Shown here: positions 59,801 through 64,000 of the stretch, piece after piece
Layout of the letters: every line of letters begins with the position of its first letter
How positions within the stretch are numbered: the stretch's first letter is position 1
From: an uncultured Armatimonadia bacterium
GTDB lineage: Bacteria; Armatimonadota; Zipacnadia; CAVVLO01
Direction of reading: 5' to 3'
Assembly: GCA_963749155.1 (NCBI GenBank)
Contig: CAVVLO010000002.1
Span: 1,248,001-1,312,000, forward strand
Length of the DNA stretch: 64,000 bases
Position numbers and translations under genes: made by a program
The notes under the pieces: model-generated
The model's input: the letters and a program-made list of their open reading frames with translations, nothing else
Database searches by the model: none
What the model was told of the DNA's origin: nothing

Positions 59801-60718
59801 ATGCGGGTCTTTCTCCTTTACAATCCGGTAGCCGGAGCAAGTCGCGGCCAAAGGCAGGCTCAAAGGGCAGCGGGAGTGCTGACCGAGGCCGGCTGGCGTG
59901 TCGAACTCGTGGGCACCTCGGGCCCTGGTCAGGCCGAGCAACTGGCTCGCCAGGCTGCCGAGGAAGGCGTAGATCTCGTGGTGGCTTGTGGGGGCGATGG
60001 CACCTTCTGCCAGGCGGCGCGCGGACTTGCTGGCAGTGGAGTGCCCCTCGGACTGGTCCCCGCGGGCACCGGCAACGACCTGGCTCGAAGTCTCGGTATT
60101 GCTTTTTCGCCTGGGCAGGCTGCCAGGCAGCTCCTTTGTGGCGCCGCTTCCCATATGGACCTGCTTCGGGTAAACGAGGGCCTGCTTGCGGCCAACATCG
60201 TCGGCACGGGTTTCGATGCCGCCGTTGCTGAACGCATCACCCACCGCAGCCGTTTCGCCACTGGCAAACTCGCTTACCTCACCGCCGTGCTGCAGGAGCT
60301 ATCCCACTTTTCAGCCTGCCAGCTCAAGCTGCAGGTGGATGGTCACCGCTGGGAAGGGCGCGCTCTACTCGTGGCTTTCGCCAATGCCCAGAGTTATGGC
60401 GCGGGGATGAAAGTCGCTCCCAAAGCTGAACTCGATGATGGATTGATGGATGTTGTTGTGGTAAGCGAGCTGCCCAAATACGCTTTCCTCTGGCACTTGC
60501 CGAAGGTCTTCTCAGGCCGGCACCTGGGCTTGAAATGGGTGCATTATTTTCAAGGACGCCAGGCAGAGCTCGAGACCGAACGGCAATTGCCAGTCCTCGT
60601 GGATGGCGACCTCGAAGCGACTACCCCGCTCCATATCGAAGTCGCCCACCGCGCTCTGCTCGTATGGCGGCCAGGCCCTCTTGCGGGCACTGGCGTCCCT
60701 CTTCCCGTTGAAGCCTGA
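59801..60718 (+). CDS. Diacylglycerol/lipid kinase (YegS/BmrU family)
   Basis: Motifs YNPVAG, GGDGT, PAGTGNDLAR and VDGD. Confidence 0.93.
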   Translation: MRVFLLYNPVAGASRGQRQAQRAAGVLTEAGWRVELVGTSGPGQAEQLARQAAEEGVDLVVACGGDGTFCQAARGLAGSGVPLGLVPAGTGNDLARSLGIAFSPGQAARQLLCGAASHMDLLRVNEGLLAANIVGTGFDAAVAERITHRSRFATGKLAYLTAVLQELSHFSACQLKLQVDGHRWEGRALLVAFANAQSYGAGMKVAPKAELDDGLMDVVVVSELPKYAFLWHLPKVFSGRHLGLKWVHYFQGRQAELETERQLPVLVDGDLEATTPLHIEVAHRALLVWRPGPLAGTGVPLPVEA

Positions 60719-60719
60719 C

Positions 60720-61175
60720 TCAGGCTGAAGGTTCTTCTAGCTGGGAGGTGCAATGCGGGCAACGCGTTGCCGCCAGCGGGATAGTAGTTGCGCAGTAAGG
60801 GCAAGGCTTCTCGTTTACTTCAGGTACCTTGGGTTCGGCTTCCTTCAGCTTGCGCAGCCGGTTGATGCTCCTGACCAGCAGGAAAACAGCGAAGGCTACG
60901 ATGAGGAAGCCGATGATATTGTTGATGAAGACGCCATAATTGAGGGTCGCTGCCCCAGCTTCTTTAGCCGCGGCAAGACTTGCATAATCGCTGCCTGACA
61001 TGTTCAGATACAGGTTGGTAAAGTCTACCTTGCCCAGCAGCAAGCCGAGGGGAGGCATAATTATGTCCTCGACCAACGAGGTGACTAGCTTGCCAAAGGC
61101 CGCCCCGATGATAATGCCTACAGCCATATCAACCATATTGCCTTTGACCGCGAATTCCTTGAACTCTTTAAGCAT
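60720..61175 (-). CDS. mscL: Large-conductance mechanosensitive channel with C-terminal zinc ribbon
   Basis: [27 protein letters not shown]; tail CPYC...CPHC. Confidence 0.96.
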   Translation of the reverse strand: MLKEFKEFAVKGNMVDMAVGIIIGAAFGKLVTSLVEDIIMPPLGLLLGKVDFTNLYLNMSGSDYASLAAAKEAGAATLNYGVFINNIIGFLIVAFAVFLLVRSINRLRKLKEAEPKVPEVNEKPCPYCATTIPLAATRCPHCTSQLEEPSA

Positions 61176-61220
61176 TAGCCTCTCCTCCCTGGCGGTAAAG
61201 ATACCCAGATAGTATGCTAG

Positions 61221-61784
61221 CTACACTGAGCGGGCCTGGCGACTCGCTTCCCACTCCGGACGCAGCAGCGAATAGACCTCCAGGTCGTGGCGACCGATGC
61301 CGGCAAGGCCCGCGCAACGCTGGATGCCCTCATGTGTGAAGCCAAGCCGCTCGGGGATGGCTCGACTGCGCAAATTGGCAGTGGCAGCGCGGATGACCAC
61401 GCGCTCGATAAAAAGGTCACTGAAGAGATAATCCACGACCGCCTTGCAGGCGCGGGTCATAAAACCTTTGCCCTCGAAGCCAGAGCCAATCCAGTAACCT
61501 AGCTCGGCAGACTGGGAGTTGGCGTTCATATCGTGGATGCCGATTACGCCGGCGAGTTTACCCTCGGAGAAGAGCCCCGCTGCGAAGGCGCCAGTGCGGC
61601 TATAGTCGTTTGAGGAGTGCTGGATGAAGGCGAGAGAATCGGTTGCTGTTTTCGTCTCGTCCACCCAGGGCAGCCACTGACGCAGCCGGTCGCGGTCCGC
61701 CTCAATAAGCGCGAACAGCTCCTCGGCGTGTTGCGGGCGCAGCAAGCGAAGTTCCAAATCAGGGCCCAGTTCGCAGGAGAACAT
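61221..61784 (-). CDS. GNAT acetyltransferase, RimL/YdaF type
   Basis: Motifs LRQWLPW, ELGYWIG...GKGFMT and SRAIPERLGFTHEG. Confidence 0.9.
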   Translation of the reverse strand: MFSCELGPDLELRLLRPQHAEELFALIEADRDRLRQWLPWVDETKTATDSLAFIQHSSNDYSRTGAFAAGLFSEGKLAGVIGIHDMNANSQSAELGYWIGSGFEGKGFMTRACKAVVDYLFSDLFIERVVIRAATANLRSRAIPERLGFTHEGIQRCAGLAGIGRHDLEVYSLLRPEWEASRQARSV

Positions 61785-61831
61785 AGCGCATCACCAGTAG
61801 TCAGCCTATCACGCTTCTACTGGTAAGGAAA

Positions 61832-61861
61832 AGAGGCGCCCCAATGGATGAGGCGCCTCTT
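61832..61861 (-). terminator. Terminator after the DUF1559 gene
   Basis: AAGAGGCGCC...GGCGCCTCTT followed by T-rich sequence on the minus strand. Confidence 0.65.
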
Positions 61862-61880
61862 GAGGCTTGCCAGGCTGATT

Positions 61881-62543
61881 CTACCAGCCGTATCCGGAGG
61901 GTACACTCCTGTCGGGGTTATGCATCCCAGGTAAAGGCAGGGCGACTGTCGGCTCCCACTTCAACCATTTGGCATGGCCATCAGCGAAAGCATAATTGGA
62001 ACCTTCGCTGTGCCTTGCTTTGGCGATATGGTCTACGAGCCAGTTGTGCCCATCGCCTGCCACATAACTGTCCAGGTTGTCCCAGTTCCAGCTCGAGAGA
62101 CCAGGCCAGGGATGATATCCATCATACGGCATATTCTGTTCGCGTTCGGCAATCATTATTGTGTCCGCGGCGTTTCTGAAAGTGGCTAGTGGCATCCCGT
62201 GAGCAAACAGACCATTGATTACATAATCTGTGTTTGGGTTTCCCCCAGTCTCGCCCGAGAGTGAAGGACACTGGAAGATCTGGGCATTCTTCACGTAGGG
62301 CTGTAGTGGCGTATACCACCGGTAAGTTGCGGTACAGGAGACGAAACACTCATCATAATCCTGGATATACATCATCATACCCAGGCCAATCTGCTTCACG
62401 TTGCTGAGGCAGGCAGACTGCCTGGCTTTCTCCTTCGCTCTGGCGAACACGGGGAAAAGGATTGCCGCCAGGATGGCGATAATGGCAATAACAACAAGCA
62501 ACTCTATCAGCGTGAAACCACGCCGACGCGCAAAGGTATTCAT
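61881..62543 (-). CDS. DUF1559 prepilin-type N-terminal cleavage/methylation protein with H-X9-DG motif
   Basis: [42 protein letters not shown] and [17 protein letters not shown]. Confidence 0.93.
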   Translation of the reverse strand: MNTFARRRGFTLIELLVVIAIIAILAAILFPVFARAKEKARQSACLSNVKQIGLGMMMYIQDYDECFVSCTATYRWYTPLQPYVKNAQIFQCPSLSGETGGNPNTDYVINGLFAHGMPLATFRNAADTIMIAEREQNMPYDGYHPWPGLSSWNWDNLDSYVAGDGHNWLVDHIAKARHSEGSNYAFADGHAKWLKWEPTVALPLPGMHNPDRSVPSGYGW

Positions 62544-62598
62544 AAGCTGGACCTCCAAAATCAAGCTTGAGATGACAGAAAAGAGCTGGATGTCTCTC

Positions 62599-62907
62599 TC
62601 AGGCTGAAGGAGGCGCTCTGGTAAGGGGCTGCCAGCGCTCGGTCAAGGAAGGCGGGCAGCAAGGGGGTAAATAAGCTGCAAGTATAGAAGCGGGTGGGGT
62701 AGGCGCAGGTGTAGAACTGGCGATAACCTGGGCCGAGGAGACCGCCGAGATAAGCTCGCAGGCGGCGCACTGATGCTTTTCGGCTGACTTATGCTCCTGG
62801 TGGTTGTGGATGGGGAAGCTTGACAGCGCAATCAGGCAGGCAAGTATTAGCGAGAGGACAAGTCCTCCCGTTTTCAGCCCGCTAATTGGCTGCTTCAAGC
62901 TCTCCAA
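62599..62907 (-). CDS. DUF2946-like leader peptide (TM, His-rich, CxxC, C-terminal RAPP)
   Basis: Hydrophobic segment, HNHQEH, HQCAAC, Pro-rich linker and TRAPPSA-stop. Confidence 0.75.
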   Translation of the reverse strand: MESLKQPISGLKTGGLVLSLILACLIALSSFPIHNHQEHKSAEKHQCAACELISAVSSAQVIASSTPAPTPPASILAAYLPPCCPPSLTERWQPLTRAPPSA

Positions 62908-63056
62908 GTCGTAATTTCCCTCGGCTTTGGTTGATTGATTATACCCAGCAAAGGAGCCAAAGGTTCCCTGCCCAGGCTAGCGGCAGGAGAAGCCTCTCTT
63001 TGGCGAATACCTAGCCGGCCCCATCTGTAATCCAATAGCCAGGAGGAAGCCAGTAA

Positions 63057-63887
63057 ATGGTACCCATTTTCTTTACCAAATTGTTTCAGCCCCTCTCCCT
63101 CTTTGAACTGGCCACCCTTGCCCAGGGCTACGGAGTCGCGGGCTTCGACCTGGCCGTCCGAGCAGGCCATCCGGTGAACCCCGACAACGTCGCCACCGCG
63201 CTGCCCGAGGCGCTTGCCCTCTGGAGGAGTGAAGGTCTTACCGTGCCGCTCGTGACACTGGAGACTGGCGCGACCAATCCTGCTGATGAGGCCACCAGGC
63301 GCATCTTTGAGACTTGCGGCGAGTGGGGTGTGCCCTTCATCAAGCTGGGCTATTGGACCTGGCAGTCAGGCGCCAGCTACTGGGAAGGCGTCGATGCCAT
63401 CCGGCGCGACCTCGAGGGCTTCGCAAAGCTGGCTGAGGCCACCGGCGTCGTCGCGCTGCATCACAACCATTCGGACAACTGCTATGGCTCCAACGCCTGT
63501 GGCTCGATGCTGCTGGTAAAGGATTTTGACCCTGCCCTGATTGGCGTCTACCTCGATCCTGGCCATCTGGCCGTGGATGGCGAGTGGATACCGATGGCGC
63601 TTGCGGCGGTAAAGGACTACCTGCGAATCGTCGCGGTCAAGAACGTCCGTTGGCTGCCCGAGGAGCCCTCATACCGTCTGCCCGGTACCAGCCCCAAATG
63701 GCGGCCCGACTGGTGCCAGCTCGAAGAGGGCATCGTGAACTGGCCCGAAGTCATCGGCTTTGTGAAGGAGGCCGGCTTCGAGGGGCCGATCAACTTCCAC
63801 GGCGAATATTCTAACCTGCACGAGGTCGCCGCCGTGAAAGCTGCCCTGGGACGCGACCTCGCCTATCTGCTGCCCCACCTTGCCTAG
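63057..63887 (+). CDS. Sugar phosphate isomerase/epimerase (xylose-isomerase-like TIM barrel)
   Basis: Motifs GFDLAVRAGHPV, HHNHS, YLDPGH, AVKN and FHGEY. Confidence 0.85.
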   Translation: MVPIFFTKLFQPLSLFELATLAQGYGVAGFDLAVRAGHPVNPDNVATALPEALALWRSEGLTVPLVTLETGATNPADEATRRIFETCGEWGVPFIKLGYWTWQSGASYWEGVDAIRRDLEGFAKLAEATGVVALHHNHSDNCYGSNACGSMLLVKDFDPALIGVYLDPGHLAVDGEWIPMALAAVKDYLRIVAVKNVRWLPEEPSYRLPGTSPKWRPDWCQLEEGIVNWPEVIGFVKEAGFEGPINFHGEYSNLHEVAAVKAALGRDLAYLLPHLA

Positions 63888-63905
63888 CACCTGGGAGGGA
63901 GCCTG

Positions 63906-64000
63906 ATGAGAGACTACTCAATTTTGCCGATGCTGCAGCGCCGGATGGCCGAGGCTTGCGCCGCCCGGGCGCCTTTCCCCACCGACCCGGAAGAGCTGAT
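63906..64000 (+). CDS. Start of an unknown CDS running off the window
   Basis: ATG after GGAGGGAG; open frame MRDYSILPMLQRRMAEAC... to the window end. Confidence 0.55.
   Translation, partial: MRDYSILPMLQRRMAEACAARAPFPTDPEEL

Overview
Bacterial chromosomal window, GC-rich (about 60% by eye). The gene content (DUF1559/H-X9-DG prepilin-like gene, PQQ-propeller and CAZyme-like secreted proteins, rubrerythrin/rubredoxin, secretins) suggests a diderm anaerobe, possibly Armatimonadota; this is inference. In order: (1) an 11-subunit complex I operon nuoABCDHIJKLMN lacking nuoEFG; (2) three tandem secretin genes with no other T2SS/T4P genes nearby; (3) a tight five-gene operon of a 1312-aa degenerate-SIR2/STAND ATPase/helical-repeat/beta-propeller protein, a CPBP-like membrane protein, a TPR protein and two rhomboid proteases; (4) a PerR/Fur-led oxidative-stress cluster including a rubredoxin missing from the ORF track; (5) a Cys/Met-rich repeat YtkA-like protein; (6) several glycoside-hydrolase-like genes; (7) two convergent sensor kinases; (8) duplicated amtB without glnK; (9) glmM followed by an array of three divergent surface-protein cassettes that share a near-identical 5' leader and 3' membrane anchor, with a poly-G promoter spacer and REP-like hairpins; (10) a NiCo (czcD) riboswitch before a CDF exporter; (11) a DUF2946-like CxxC...RAPP leader peptide with an SD-sequestering hairpin upstream of a DUF1559 gene. 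About a dozen single-base frameshifts in otherwise intact genes look like long-read consensus errors. No rRNA, tRNA, CRISPR array, transposase or integrase was seen. All calls are by-eye motif recognition; no database search was run.
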